DNA of 64,000 nucleotides from Paragordius varius (GCA_964247055.1 OZ176054.1:5022001-5086000); one strand, 5' to 3'. Counted from the first letter of the stretch, positions 37,301 through 53,939 are shown. Translations and numbers: made by a program. Notes: a model not told the origin generated them from the letters alone.

Positions 37301-40300
37301 CATTACACTAAGATTTCATTTGTTATGCAATAAAAAACAGGCTCATCTCCATCTCATTAAATTTTTAACGTAACTCTAATTTAATATTTGCTGTAATAAC
37401 ATTTTTGATTTTGTACTAATTGATTTACCTATCTAGAAGTTTAAAATACATAATGAGTAAAATTCGTTTAATTTTATTGTATCAACTATTAGCCGTAATT
37501 ATATTCATTGAAACATAGTTGTTTAAATGAAATCAAAGGTAAACTATTTACTTTTCCAGACTTAGTTTGCATAATACGCAGGCAATATTGGTTAATTGAT
37601 AAAATAACAAAAATGTTGTTAACTATATTATATATATACATGTAAAATTTTTATCAATTTCTTCTACTGTATGTTGAAAATATGTTAATAATTCTTAGAT
37701 TTGCTCTCAAACATTTACACCAGTGATACTCAAACCGCGGCCCGCGGGCCGCATGCGGCCCTAAGAGTGCTTTAAAATTGCTCTATGACCATATCGATAT
37801 TTATATTATTTTATTAACACATAAACGAATTTTCGATTATTTTAATATTAATTGATTTTCTTTAGAAATTTTGGTAGTTTTTATTTTTTACCCAATTCGA
37901 AATGTAAAAAATTTTCCTACATTAAAATAATTTCAAATTTTTGGCACACGTTGCTTCTGTGTCTGTGGTCTATTTTCTTTTCTATTTTGAAATTTTTTTT
38001 GCAATCCTTTTTTGTATTTAAGCAAGCCTTTCACTTAAACTTGCATATACATATTCTTTTCATAGCTCCCTCCTCATTTTTTATAACTCTTTCCCATAAA
38101 TTATTTTTCAAATAAACATCATTAAATTTCAACTTGTTTTTTTATAGCGTAATATTTTTTGAAAAAATTTTCGTAATATTTAAACATAAATTCAAAGGAT
38201 GACATCTAATGCTAAAAAACGTAAATTATCCGATGAATATCGCCCTTTAAAAAGAATGGGAAGATGAATTCTTTGTCGTTTAAAATATAAATGTTGTTAT
38301 TATATATGGAATAATTCAGCAAAAATAATATAAATTTATTATAATATTTCGATTACTACAAGTAATCTTTGTCAAACGTAAAAATAAAATAAAATTATAA
38401 ATTAAAATTTAAATTATAAAGTAAAAATATTTAATGAGATATGAAACTAAAAAAACATGTGTGTATTGTTAATAAGAAAAAAATTTGTAATGTTATTAAT
38501 ATTATTAAGATCCTTTTTTCTGTTCATTATATTTCCTTCTTTGTTAATATAAAAACTTTCCTTCAATATTCTTTTTGTTCTATTTTCCTCTGTATCGACA
38601 ACTTCGGCATCCCAGTTTATTTTATGTTTACATTTAAAGGCATGATATGCCAAAGCCGAATCATTAGTTTTATTCTTGCTAACTGCCGTTTTGTGTTCTT
38701 TTATCCTAACATCTAGTCCTCTTTTTGTTTGTCACCTGCCTTATATGTAAGGAGAACATAATTATAAAAAAATACAATATTGAAAGAATTTTACAATCCA
38801 TTTTTCTCATAAATTACCAGAAAATCATGTAGAAAAACGAAAAATATAAAAAGATTAAGGAATTAAACCAGAAAGGATAATCTATTATGTCCATAGCTTT
38901 CTCCCAGGAAAAAGTTGTATAATTAGCTACGTATGAAATTTGTTATATTTTAGGAAAAAATATGAAACCGTTTGTTGATTGCCAACTAAAAGAATGTCTA
39001 ATAAATGGTTGCACCTTTTTATTTGATAAATTCCATATAAAGATCAAATCATGAGGCAAATTAAAAACTTCAACTTTCTGCAACATGTGCTCGACGCATT
39101 GAAGATATGTCTAAATATATTTTTAACAATACAATATTGGCTTTGAAAAACAGCAAATATTTTGGTAATGCTATTGATTCTAGCACTGATATTAGTACAA
39201 CACCTCAATGTGCGCTCTTCGTAAGATTTTGCAACGACAACATAATCAACGAATATTTAAAATTTTTACCAATAAATAATACCACGAAAGGAAGTGATTT
39301 TCTCGAAATAATTAACACCTTTTTCGATAATAATGATATATCTATGAAAAAATGGTGTCAATCTGCACAGATGGCTGTCCCTCTATGATTGGAATAACCA
39401 AAGGATTTATTCCTCTTTTGTAAAACAAATATAATTTACAAAATATTTTATCCTTTCACTGCTTTATTCATCAAACTTGGTTTCGCGTGTAAAAGATGAA
39501 TCACTCAATTCAGTAACGGTTGTGGATATAGTTAACCGCATCCGTGGCAGAGAATTCAACCGCTGTAAATTCAAAAACCTCCTGAAAGATATCGACAGTG
39601 AGTTTAATTATATTCTTTTGTACACCGCTGTGAGATGGTTATAGCAAAGTATTAAATAGATTTTTTGTTTTAAGACATGAAATTCTATTATTTATAAAAG
39701 ATAACAGAAAGTTTGACGAGGAAATTAGTAACATATGGTAGGTTTTATTAGCCTACCTTTGAAACATTACTTATAAATTTTTTTAATAAGTCGTCCAGGA
39801 AGCAAAATAATAACCCAAATTGTTAATGTAATATCTTTTAAAAATTAATAATATAAACTAGATTTTATAAATTAAACACTCCTATATTTTCCAACACTTA
39901 AAACGATTCATAAAAAATATATGGAATTTACCGCGGAGATTAATTTAATAATAGATCATCTAACATTTTTATCTAATGAGATATAATTTAGATTTCAAAA
40001 ATTAAATTATATTAAAAATTGCTTAAAACTCGTGGAAAATCCATGGCATATGGATATATTAAATATTAAACAACTTGAGAGCATTTCGGTTTTGATCAGG
40101 CGCATATTATTGAAGACTTTGTAGGTTTAAAAATTCCAATTTGGATATTCAAAGAGAATCGTTGAGAAGAAAGATATGTAGAGTTTTGGCAAGATGTGCC
40201 AAATAAATATGAAAATATATAAAAATGTGCCCAAGTTATCCTAACTCTTTTTCACGTGTGAGACGTCATATTCAAAAATAAAATATACATACAGAAACCG

Positions 40301-43300
40301 CTTAACCGATGATCATATGGACGTATTAAGATTGGCCTGTCATGAGGTGAAACCAAATTTGTCAAAAATATTTGTTAATATCGAAATAAAAATTGTTATC
40401 AAAATATTTTAATTTTTTAAACAAAATGGTAAACCAGATTTTAGCTGGATTTACATGCGATCCGCAAAAAATTCATTGTGCTGACTTAGAGTATAAATAT
40501 CTTCATATGTGTTAAATAGCTATAGAATATATGCCATTATAAGGTTCATGGCCCTCGAAAAAAAAATATATTTTATTTGCCCCGTCAAATTTTTTTGGTG
40601 AGTACCACTGGTATAAACTGAGGGAGCTATGTTTTCCTTTAATATTGGTTTCGCTCTGAATTTTTATTTTTTAATATAAACCTTCAAGTACACTAGCTGC
40701 CGAGCAAAGAAGAAATAATGGGTTATCGTTGATATTCATAATTTTTTAAAATAACTCTAGATTTATGATTTATTTCTTTATATATATATATATAGAGATT
40801 AAATGGACATCTTGGGTTAAGTTTATATTTTAAGTGCATGTAAAAAACCCCTAGAAAATGAAACAAATATCAAACTTGGTTATCATAAATTACATGCGCA
40901 TGTTGTAGGTAAAATGTTCAAGAATAATATTTTGCATCTTAATTATAAATTAAAAATTCTTACAATACAGTAGCGTATGCAGTAAAAGATTGTCAGTGCA
41001 AAATAATCTTAATGAACACAAAACAGGGGGACAATTTTCATATATTAATTATCATTCAGTCCTATTTATAAACATATCCATAATATCCCCCTATTAAGAT
41101 TATTTTGCACTAACAATCTTTTACTGCATACGCTACTGTAAATAGGCTATTATTATTTTAAGGCTTAAAAATGCGCATGTTGAAAGTTGACATATCAAAC
41201 ATCAAAACAATTAAAAAAAATTATAATCATTTATAAATACGAATTTCTGACAATTCTATATAGACATGACTGTAATAAAAGTTCTTTCTTTATTTTTAAA
41301 ATGTCCCTGACATCGCTTACTACCTCTATTATTGTCAATCATTTTAGTGACATTTAACAAACATAGTAATATTAAAACCAAACCAAAATTGACTCAAGAT
41401 TTGTATCAATTCAAAATGTGCACCTCGGATATCTCCGTTTTGTTTACACAATTTAGTTCTGTTAGTTGATTTCTCATCTTTGGAATGGTTATTATTACGC
41501 ATCAAAGTTGTCGATTATTGTATTATCTGGTAGTTGACTTTCTTAAAAGGGAATTTAACTGGCTAGCGTATTACCTTTTGAGAGTCTTTTATTGTAACGG
41601 TCTCATGTAAGATAAAATCCCAGCTTAGTCTCCCACTTCCCCTCGCCATTCTGAGCATAACTTTAAATCATTAATCGTACATGGAAAGAACTTAATACGA
41701 GAAAGCAGAGGATTGTGTTGTATTTACTGGAAGATTGGTAAAATGATTCGCATTTTGATAGCCCATAGACACGTGCTATATGCATGTTGAGGAGACACTA
41801 GTTTTAATATATTTATATCTGCTTTTAATCTGCCTATCGGCCTTCCTGCAGATTTTGCTCTTGGGATGCTAGCCCATAGATTTTGTGTATTTGAGCTTTA
41901 AATTGCTCAAAGGCGATAAGAATTTTTTAACCGTTTTCGGAAATCTATATCGTTGAATAGAATTTCGCAGTCACTTAGCGATTTTGGATTTGAACTTTCA
42001 CACAAATTGTGTGGACCCATTTGGTCTTTCCCAATGCTCGTGCCTACTGATAGTTTTTGTGATACATAAAATACCTCTGCAGATTGCCATCGAGTTATAA
42101 TGAGTCTCATCCAATAACTCTTACACTTTATTGTCATCATAGTTGTGTGGTCTATTAAGGTACCCACCCGCTTAATCAGAGCTTTTAAATTTATAGAACC
42201 ATAAATCAAATGGTTTAATCGATGGACTTTCAATATGTTTTTACCAGCCAAACAATAATTTTTAACGGTTTTTCTCCACTGATAAAATGAATACTAAAAT
42301 CATGCACCCAAGGCGCAAAATCAATATGCCTACCGAATGATAAAAAAATCTATAGTTTTTCATGGACTCAGCTTTTGTGTGCTTGTCGTTTTATTCAGGT
42401 AATCAAAATGGCGTCTGTGTCAAATTAATCGACTGTATACTTTTCGCAGAAGTCTTTTTTGCTTATTAGGCAATGAATTACACTGAACTTGGTAAAATAA
42501 GTGTTGGACCCATAAAATTATAATTTTGTTTTTATAATAATTTACAATAACACATATTTCTTATTTAAATTGGGTAGGTATATTATAGTTATTGTATAAA
42601 TTAATTGATAATATCGCTATTATTTTAAGAGAGTACAGTAGCATATGCTGTTGTTAAAATACTTTTTAAAAATGATGTACCATCAAAAAATATATACTAA
42701 AATTTTCAATATATAGCCTATTTTTGCCGTATATTTTACTCTTAGTATCTCTAGTTGGGAACGATAAACTCGTCCTAGCTCAAACATTTATAAATGGTGT
42801 TGTATTTAACAGGGGTTGGGCCCACGCCCAGCGCCCAATTAAAAAATTTAGCCTTAAATTTTTGCTTTTGTGTAGGTAATATCTCAAACCCCTACTGAAT
42901 CCATGTGGTAGAGTTATTAAAAAACGTGCCTCTGAGCCAAATTTAATTTCCACATGGTGGCAAATCGTAAATTTTGGGTCAGCGGCTATTTTAAAAGGTG
43001 TTCGACCATAATTTATATTCTTTATATGGATATTTACTAAATTTTGGGAAAAATTGCTATGAAGCCAAAGCGGTTTAAATTCCAGAAATAGGATTGAGCA
43101 CATTAGCAAATCTTATACAATATAGAAACAATTGACGGTAGTATGTAACAATTATATTTAGTATGTTGATATTTTATTTATATTACACGCTATGTATAAA
43201 TTGTTTAATTTAGCCATGCTAAAAACTTGAGTTTTTTAATAAATAATTAAATTATATTTTAGACATAAAAACCCAAAACAAGCATTAATAGCTTTGTTAA

Positions 43301-46300
43301 AGTCAGTAAGAAAAACTGAAAATTTTAAAAATGATTATATAACAGGAAAATCTTAAACTTGATTATGGAACGGCTCATCATTTTGAATACTCTCTCCACC
43401 TGTGTAGTTTAAAATGGTGCCAATGTTCATTATTTCGTTTAAACTGCAGCCCTCGAAAAGATTTTTACGGTCTACAAGAAATTGAAGAAGAAAATTTCAA
43501 ATATTTTTATTTTAAGCAAAATAACTGGTAAAATTATAAAAAATATAATATTTACTTAGATATATTTAGAATTATATATATTTCTTTTATCACCATGTAA
43601 AGCAAAATTTACATTTTAAGCCGTTGAAAACTTATATACCACTTATTACTCTTGAATTTGATTACATAAAGTACTATGAGTTTTTAGGGGAAATATTTTT
43701 AATTCCTTATTTTTATATAACCGTAAAGAGACAAAATTTAATTCTTTGAGACAGAGGAATAGCTTCTTGATTTTTTAAAAAAGTAGCATAAATCCAAATA
43801 TATTTTTCCAAATTTTGCCAAAATTATAAACAAAAATTATTACAAGATATATAATGGTCGTAAATTTAGTTACAATATCATAAAAATATTAAGATATTTA
43901 TTGATGTCTTTGTTATATGCCCACCAGTGTTTTGATCTAGAAATGCGGCCTCCGAAACCTCTTCAGTAACTAAGATTAAATTAAATTAATCAGCTAATTT
44001 CATATGCCAAATTCATGAAAGAAATTCCAAGCTTCTGAGAATAAAAATTATTAAATGTTATCTTTGCGATTAAAATAAAGTGTGAATAGATAAAATAAAT
44101 TATTCTTTTGTCGGAAACTCCATAATTTATTGAAGACTTTCCATTTGATGAGATGCTGTTTGTATGTTTTATTAGTATGAAATTATAAATCACACATTTT
44201 AAATATACCCCAAGATATAAAGAATAAAAAAGCCATAAATTTAATTAATTAAGCAAATTTAGGTTTTAAACTGATGCAACTCCCATTTTTGTTATTGTCT
44301 TTATCTTCCAATGAATTACCGTAAAAGACCAGAAGATTGTTCAACTTGACGTATTTTTCATATTGAGGATATGTAACGTGCAATTCATACGAATTTTTTT
44401 CCATGATTCCTTCCAAAGTGAAATTATAAATTCTTTCAGGAGCCGAAATCTATATAAGTAATAAAAATTATTTATTTATTCTGTTTTTTAGTGATGTCCT
44501 CATTCCGCAGCCACATGCGGCCCATTCAAATTTGGAACATTCCCAAATAAATTGTTCGCAAAAATATTACTTTTCGTAATATAAATATAAAAAAATTATT
44601 TCCAAATTAATTTTGGCAACAAACTAGCAAAAATTGATGAAATAAATTATTTTTCAATTCACGCGTAATTTATATATATAGTTAGTTTGTTATCTATCTA
44701 ATAAAATCTTGATCAATGCCCGTGGGATTTTGAAAATGCGGCATGGGAAGGCAATTTTGTGCAACCCTATTCCATTTACTAGAACATTTCATAATCTCGA
44801 AAAGGTGACAAATTATGTTGAAAAAAAGGACTTACATTACGCTTCTCATATTCTATATTGGCTCGATCAACGAATATCAATTGGGCTTGAGTGAATAGCA
44901 AGGTAATCTCTATAGTTTTGCAATCCAAAATCTTGAATTCAGCATCGTTTTCGGAGTGATTTGAAACGACTAAAACATATAAATGTTAACATATACATAA
45001 GAGATGTAATTGTAACAAAAAATGTTTTCTTACTGAAAGAACCAATTAACTGCGAAGAGCCATATTTCACTATCACATTATTTGTTATTGTATTTAGGGT
45101 TAAGAATGTAATATAACTGTCATTAGTCTAATATTATAAAAATTATATATATATATATATTTATATATAATAATCGGTCATATAGCACATATATCATTTT
45201 TCAGTCAGCAACACTTTTTCGATTCAACGCAAAATTTTTCATCCAAACGGATTCCGTTTGCTTGCAAAAATGTTGCGTTAATGTTGCTTTTTACTGAAAA
45301 TTAGGATATTATAAAAATTTATCACTCCAATTTTTGATTATGCTCTATTATCTATAATTGGAAAAAATGTTTTTTTCGAAGGTGTGGTTGTTTATAAATT
45401 AATATACGTAAACTCCTCATAATTGAAATAAAAAAATTAATCTCAAAAAAATCATATTTTTTCAAATGTTTAAACAAATATAGGCATTCATTACTACTTT
45501 ATTACCATTGTTTTTTTAAAATTGGGGTGTTATGTCAGGAGCTAGCTTAATTTGTTACAAAAAGAAGTTTTATTTTGGCAAAATAATTTGCAAAATATTG
45601 AATAAAAAAAGGTTTTAATTTTTAACAGTTACGTAATTTATACGGTTTAAAGGTTAGCTTAAAATCTATTAAAACAAAGCCATGAATCCAAAATCAATTG
45701 TCAAATGCTATATAATGTATTAGTTAATAAAATATATTTTAACCATAATTTTTTTATAGTATTAATTAATAAATCCAGAAAAATTACGACAAAAAGGTGA
45801 TGAGGTTTTTTTCCTTTTAAATTGAACCGGAACAAAAAACGGTACCGGTTCCAATCCCTGGTTAAAATGAATACAATACTTGTTTCTTAATGTTGTTGTA
45901 ATTGAATCTATTATTGATTTCTACATGGTAGGTGGTATTACAGGATGGCCAAAACAAAAAAATTTCAGAGACATCTGAATCGTTAGGTCTACTTGTGAAG
46001 CGCATTCTCTGCAGTTGCTTGTTAAAATTTATCCTACCGCAAACATCTTAATATTAAAATATAAAGGCACCATACCTTTGACATCATCCTCAAAATATAA
46101 CATATAAAATGAATCCCAGAGACTACATTTATTTGGCTTATGTTCATTGGGAGCGTATATATCCTCCCCTACATTTGGGGAATATTTTCGGGCTAAATCT
46201 GTTAGGGCGATGCTAGAAACGCTTTCGTGTTCAGCAATGTTGAATTTGTCTATTGATACTTTAGTTTTATTTGGGTGGTGAAATGAATTGTATTTATCCA

Positions 46301-49300
46301 AATGTATAATTATTGTGAATGCGCGTATTCCCAAATCATACACCACTTTCAAAATACCATTCAGATCAGATTTCCTAATATCAATTTCACGGATCTATGA
46401 AAATACATATTCAATATTTTTAGCTTTTATTGTTATTGTATACGGCGCTTAAACTTATGATATAAAAATATATTATATATATAATGTTAATCTTACATTT
46501 GTCCAAGTCTTATTATGATTTTTCGATACATATTCCACTTGAATGTTAGTATCTGGAATCATTTGCAAAGAAATATTTACACCTTGACATTGGTTATTTT
46601 CAGTTATTTCTTTCATCTTAAGCATATTATTTTGATAGGCATGGAAGGTTCCTTTAGATATACAAATATTAATTAAATTCCCCCTGTAACCCTTTGATTC
46701 CACTCTTTAACTTAACATTTAAAATTCCCCTTTTCAACACATCTAATACACCTGTCAACATTTCATTAATTTTATTGAAAATTCTGATAATATATTATTT
46801 TTATATTAGCTAACCATTTTATGTGTTTTTCTAATCTGAAAATTACAAATACTAAATTTACTTTCCTAAATATAGCGCACCATGATGTATGATTTTTTAC
46901 GATTTTATATATACCATTTACAATTTGAATTCCTAAAAATAAATTATGTGTTTTGAAGTCAGAATTCGCAGAAATATGCTCATAACATCTTAGCGAAATA
47001 ATACTCATTATTAATATATAAAATATCTTTATGGCATATATTATTATTTTAATAATATTCTAATTTTGAACAAAATATCATTTTTAAAAATAAAAAAAAA
47101 GGTAATTTTTAATCCTGAAAAACATAATTCATTTTAGGGGGAATTCGAATCGTTCGAGGGTGATTTTGATTTGTTCGAGGGTGAATTTGAATTGTTCAAT
47201 GGTCAATTTGAATGTAAATAATATATGGCCCGCTAGTATATATATCATATTAGTTTGTGTTAAAAGCTCTTACAATGACCCAAAAAATAATTGAAAGAAA
47301 AATTAATTATCGGTTAATTATATTTATTTATACTATAGAATAAAAATAATAATTTGTGAATTGCGAAAAAAGTGAACGTTCTTACAGCAAAAAAGGGTGA
47401 GCGAATATTAAGCTATTATTTGGTACTGTAAATTCCAGGCATTTAAAATACCTATTTTACATAATTAAACTATTTAAAATGGAAGAGATTAAAGTTAATA
47501 AATCATGCCTATATTTTTCTTCAAATAAAATCAAAAGACAAATACATTTCTTTATTTTTAGTAGGGTGTATTTAAATGTTTCAAGGTGAATGCAAAATTG
47601 GATTGTTTAATGTGAATAAGGGATTAAATTCAAAATTTTGAAATAAGCGTTTAAAATTCGAACGTTAAAAATTTGTTCCGAATCGATATAAATTTAGCTA
47701 ATCAACAATTTTATGTGTAATACCTAATCTATTTTTTTTCGAAAAAATTCCAGCTTGTTCGATCCCCACATCATACACTGTGTTAATTTGTAAATCAATA
47801 AAGGCTACGTTTCCTTGCCACTGCATGTCAATATAATAAATCATATTATGGCATAAATTATCAGTACTTATCGCAAACATTTAGCTAAATAAATTTTTTT
47901 TATGAAAGCAAATTACTTGATACCAAATAAATAACTATGAAAAGAAAGACAATATTTTCATAAGTATATATAAACTTCAGCCGTGGGCTTAAAAAGTCTC
48001 ATATATATTTGGACCCGTCTAAAATGGCCAATTCACTTAACCTAAAAATGATTAAATAATGCCGGTATTTCCGGATAAAATATAATTGCCAAATTTCCCG
48101 AATAAAATATTATTAAAAATAGACATTTTGCTTGAAAATTTAATTTATAGAAAAATTTTGGTAAAGGGACTTATTTTAAAACATGGTGAAAACGGTATCA
48201 AAAAACTATAAAATGATATATAAACGCTTTTTTGATAGAGCAAAACATTTTAATACCTCAAAATTAAAATCTTAAGCAATAACGCTCAAACCCAGGTTCG
48301 TTTGATTTGGTTAAATTTTTATGTAAAAACAATTAATATATAACATAAATTTTAAGACGAAAGAATATAAAGTTTTGAAGGAATAAATGTTCAGCAACAG
48401 CGAGTTATATATAACGAGTGTTTTTATAAGATTTTAAGGTGTTTTTATACCGTTTTCATCATGCCTCAAATAGTATGGAATACATTTCATCAAAATTTTG
48501 GTAAAAATTTAATTTTTAAACATAGTATGCATTTTACAAAAAATATATTTTTTGATGCTATAATTTTGCATTTAATCGCCTCTTGGCATTTTTGTGTTTA
48601 TTTTAAGATAAGACCCATTTAAGAAGGCCAGAAAAATTTGGGACATTTGGAGTCCACATCTAATATCTCATATGGCTCGTAAGGCTAAAATTCAACAGTT
48701 AGTAATCCTAATACATTTATCTTTAGAAATATATATAATTTATGAGGATATTTATTAGATATGTTATGTTTTTCAATATTTTTCTGGAGTTAAAGTTTTG
48801 CATAACCAAGGTTGAAGAATATTTACTATGCGGGATTTATCTGAAAGTATCATATAATTTATATGTCCTACAATAGAAATATGCCTGAATTTAGATTTTT
48901 GACAGATTGCATTTTAATTTTAAATACTAGGAAAATATTACTTTAGTCTAACAGATTATGGTCATTTGGTGCTATTTTTGGAGGTGTCAGCAAGTTTAAA
49001 CAAAATATAGAGATGGTTTTTACCAAATACAAAAAAAACGCTACATAGGCACACATTATGTCAAATTTTTGGATTAAAAAAAATATTTATAATGTTAATT
49101 AATTAAAAACAAAACAAGTGGATTTTATTAGAATTTTTATGCATGCTAACATTTATATTCGTAATTTTTTGCTAAGCAGCGATCCTGTCATTAAAATTAA
49201 AGTAAAAACCAAGGTTTTTTTGGTGAAAATTTCAAATATGTTTTAAATTAAGTTGAGAATTGGTTTTACTAAAAACTTAAATCGCATTCTAGAAATTTGC

Positions 49301-52300
49301 GACATTTTAAGGAACTAGGATTTTCATCGAAATTTCTATCCGTTAAATATAATAAAATTATAGAATCTGTTGCAAGACCCTTGAGTTTTCAATTCAAAAA
49401 ATTTGCAAAAATGCCAATTATTTATTTTCGATGCTCACTATCAAATTAGATAGGAAACTCATGTGTTTAATATTCAGGCTGTTTAATACAACTTTGGTGG
49501 GGAAAGTTGAGGTTTTTCGAAACTTTAGATAAGTGCTCGATTTTACGAATTAGCTTTCAAAAATTGCTTAACACTTCTTGACCTTTTCGAGTACGTTTTA
49601 GGGCCAAAATATTTTTAAAATATTTATAGCATTGGGCCAAATTTAAAAATATGCTTTAGGCACATGAGACAAAAAATTTTTTTAATTAAAATTGTAAAAG
49701 TTTTTAGACTTTTTCGCCGCCATTTTTTTCTTTAATTTATAGATCATGAATACTTTGACTCCCAATTTAGTTCCATTTTTTTGCATGAAGCCAAATGTGA
49801 TACCCAATGATTCCCAAATACATTTTTAACTCCTTTGCTATTATAATATACTTAAAGCAATGTGCCGTTTTCCTTAACCATTTCTAAACACGCTTTCTTA
49901 AGCCTTATACATTTTTGAATAACGTTAAGATCAAAAGATAAAAAATCACCTCGTAAACTGAAGTGTCGTATGTTGCTCCGTATTCTAGTTTCATGCTTTT
50001 AACAGTTAAATTAGGTTTGGTGTAGGAAGGTTCCGCGTTCAAAATAATTAGGGCTCGATCATTTAGTAATTTGAAAGTTTGAAACATGGTATTTTCTGCT
50101 CACATAAACAGATATTTAAATGGTAAAATTTTTTTAAAACATATTCTTTATACTATACAACCCAAATTTAGGCTATAATTTAATAGTTTACCATATATTC
50201 GTTCAAATGTTTGAACGATTTTTTTATCTATATCAGCAATTTGGACCTGAATTCTGAATGTACCAGCATATGGAAATCGAAATGTCACATTATCTGAATA
50301 TATCTATGTAAAATATCCAATAATATATATATATATATACACTGTGTGCAAAAAAATTTTTAACGAAAATTATTTTTTTCATGAGATAGCTTATGACCAG
50401 CGTATTCATTTGCCGCAAAAAATTTTATTTGTAGACAACCTAGTTATTGAAATATTAAGAGAAAATCGAAATCGGGAAAAAAGTGAAAATTAAGGATAAT
50501 CAAATAATAATGATAAAATTTGAAATATTTTGGTTTATTATTATTTAAGGGGATATATTCAATATATAAATAGCCTAAAATCATATCGTTATGGTTTTTA
50601 TAAATTTCAGGTCAAAAGATGGCGTTTTTCTTTTGTCACACTTAAAAGTCAAAATAAATTTAATGGAACTATATTAAAATAATTTTTTAATTATTTACTA
50701 CCTATACTCACTATTAAAATCTTAACATATATATTTCATTCAGTAAAATAAACTTCTATATCAAAACCAAAAATATTTTTTATTTTTGCATTTTTTTGTC
50801 ATCTGGTTGAGTGTATAAAAAATTTATTCTGTTTTATTTTGGATTCTCGCATGATTAGGAAATATTAAGTATAATTTATGCACAGGATTGAAAATTAGTG
50901 GATCAACCAACAATCCGTACAAATCCCAATACAAATATTAATTTGTCATATAACAGACTTGTTACAGGAAATCGTAAGGATTTTTTGGTTGATTGAATAA
51001 ATTATATACTTAATAATTCCTAATCATGTGAGAATTACAAAATAAAACAGTATAAATTTTTTATACAATCATAAACCAGATGAAAAAAATGCAAAAATAA
51101 ATAACAATATTTTTGGTTTTATTTGGATATAGAAGTTTATTTTACTGAATAAAATATGATTGAATAGTGAGTTTAGGAAGTAATAATTTAAAAAAAATAT
51201 TTTTTTTTAGTTCATTAAATTTATTTTGAATTTTAAGTGTGACAAAAAAACGCCATCTTTTGCCCTGAAATTTTATAGAAACCCTAACTATATGATTTTA
51301 GGCTATTTATATATTAAAAATATCTCCTATGATAATAAACTATAATTTGAATTATCCTTAATCACTTTTGGCCCGATTTCGATTTTCTCTCAATATATCA
51401 AAAACTAGGTTGAAATAAAAATTTTTGCGGCAAATGAATACACTGATCATAAGCTAACTCATAAAAAAAATTTTTCGTTAAATCAAAATGACCCTCTTTT
51501 TTGCACCAGTATGTATATATATATATATATATATATCATTTCAGTCTCTTTTGACGCTTTTATATTTAGGGGATTAGGACTTAAATCTTTGGATCAGGAC
51601 TTTTGAAGCTTTAACACTTGCTTGTCCAGGGACAGTAATGATAGAAAATTAGCATAATTCACATAATGTAAGATTCCGGCGCCTTACTTACTCTACCATT
51701 TCACCTTTTTATTAAAAATACAAATTATACTTCAAAGGGTATTTAACTGAATTTGCTAGAAACTAAAAAGAGAATCAAACCTCATCGAACATGATGTTAG
51801 AATTCGTTTCATCCCTAATAGTCCATATACAGTATTCTAAATAGCCCGCTGGACAGATTAATGTTTTGAGATTTGGATTATCAATATCATGGACAACGCA
51901 TATGCTTTGATTGACTAAAAATAAACAAGATATCGTTAATACATTTGCCTAGATACTAAACTTTTGCGCAAGCTTACAAAAACATAAATTATAATGTTAG
52001 TTAAACTACATTGTTAATGTATTATTATATAGCATTATATATAATATGTATAAACTTCAACAATACTTTACCATTGATATTCGTGTATGTGAGAATATTT
52101 CCTTTCTCTGCAAAATGGAATTCAACGGGTTTGGTTAGAACTCTGGTTTCAGTATTTGATTTCTAAAAATTAATATAATTATAAATAGTCATAACCAATT
52201 ATAATTGATACTATATGGATAAACAAAAATGCGACATTGTCTAGTCGTATGGAGAAAAACTAAATTAACTTTAAAGGGTCAAAATTACATTTTTTTGTTT

Positions 52301-52940
52301 ACCAGTCTAAGATGCCCGAATTTAAATGGATAAATATATAATATAAAATTTTACCATCGTTGTGGTTATTATCGGCTTTTCACCAAAAATGTGTTGTGTA
52401 AGGGTAAACCCGTCTTTCCATGTAATTGGATGTGGTATCTACATTAAAAATTTGCGACACTTATTGGGTGAAAATATATTTATTATTAATCAATATAGTA
52501 AAATATGAATTTTACCGTAAAATGAATGTCGGTCGATGAATTATTTCCATTCATTTGTATGTCTAATTGAGGTTTATGTGCTAAGTAAATTAATATACTT
52601 TGTTAAAACAATCGTTTCCAATCTCGAAAAATCGATGAACATGCTATTATAACCAGAGTTAGGTCTGACAGGATAAAATGCACTTCGTAACTGTGACTAC
52701 TTACAAAACAGTCAAAATTATTGATCATGTATGTATTATGTAGTTTCTAAAAAATTGAGGATTTTAACTTTTAATCAATTTTTATATATGATTAAAAGCG
52801 AATCGATGATTTCTATTTTCAACAACACGTTCCTTAGAAATGCATTTATAAGCTATGTTACCGGCAAAATATTATATTTATGAATATAAGTAGCTTCTTT
52901 AATAGCAAAAAATATTTTTTGCCGATTTAAATTTCGATAA
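30829..52940 (+). repeat. Tandem segmental duplication, copy B
   Basis: Same ORFs at constant offset. Spot checks of microsatellites and TE ends were identical up to ~51510. Confidence 0.97.
42780..47078 (-). pseudogene. Gene X1, copy B (matches copy A)
   Basis: Same ORFs at +30828. Confidence 0.6.
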
Positions 52941-53939
52941 CCTAAATATTTATGTTATGAATTTAATATGAAATTTTATAGACAGAGCATATATATATAT
53001 GCTAAATATATTTACATCATTAAAATTTTGAGGGGACTTCTTAAACATGAAAATGGAAATAATTATAATAAAGACTGTTATCAATTCGTATTTAGATAAA
53101 TAAAAATGACGGCTTTTAAAGCTAGTATTATGTCATTTTTTTCAAAATACAATAAGTGAAATTTTACTGTAATGCATTTCATCGATGATATGAATCATTT
53201 TGTTATGTTTTAAGCCAACTCGAATCTTGTATTTCCTTCCGCTCGTTAAGTTGACAAGTACATTTGGCGAATATGCCTAGTTTATAAATATTAAATATAT
53301 TTTTATCTCAAATAAAATCTGACATCAACTTTTGCTGGCAAAACAAATGAAAAAACATTTTATTAACACCAACATTGATTATGTAGCCAATTAAGACCTA
53401 ATTTTATTAAATTTTTTATTTTACGATTAAACTCACCGGTGAACTGAAATATTAGGTGTTATATAAGTAATGAATTTGTTTGAAAATACCATAAAATTTT
53501 GGCTCGTGTTATGCAGCAAATCTTTAACCGTAACAATGTATCGTCGCTGAGTTGGCATGTCTTTAAAATTCTCGTTCTCGTAAGACTTATCTACACGGAC
53601 GTAGGTATCATGGTTTTTTTGGTATATAATGGTTTTTATGGTTTTAAGTGCAATAGTTTTATCCACATCTAAAAAATTTAGCCATTAACACATAAGATAA
53701 TAATTTGTTTAATAAATTATTATGTTTTACCTCCAGAGCCGGGCGTCCCGCTAGCGGAAAACTGTTGTTAAAAAGAGTCATTTTAAAATACATTACATCA
53801 TTGAGACAAATTTTATTTAGTAAGGAGAAATTACATTATAATCTGAATCATCAACCAATTTCACTGTTGAAAATATAGCACCAAGAAGGCTTGCCGATAG
53901 AAAAGTTATAAACATAATATTGAGCTCGTAAGAAATCAT
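49950..53939 (-). pseudogene. Gene X2, copy B
   Basis: Exons 53835-53939, 53731-53761, one starting at 53668 (77-aa ORF), 52355-52438, 52072-52162, 51781-51914, 50192-50303 and 49950-50095. Exon 3 and the middle of the gene differ from copy A; the 3' half matches. Stops occur in the ~53000-53400 region. Confidence 0.72.

Noticed and set aside
24767-45860. 21-kb composite (Pack-type) hAT bounded by the CAGGG ends at 24767 and 45860 and carrying the KLHL gene
   Set aside because: The flanks (ataatttg versus gttaaaat) are not a TSD, and the right end lies inside gene X1. These are more likely independent truncated copies.
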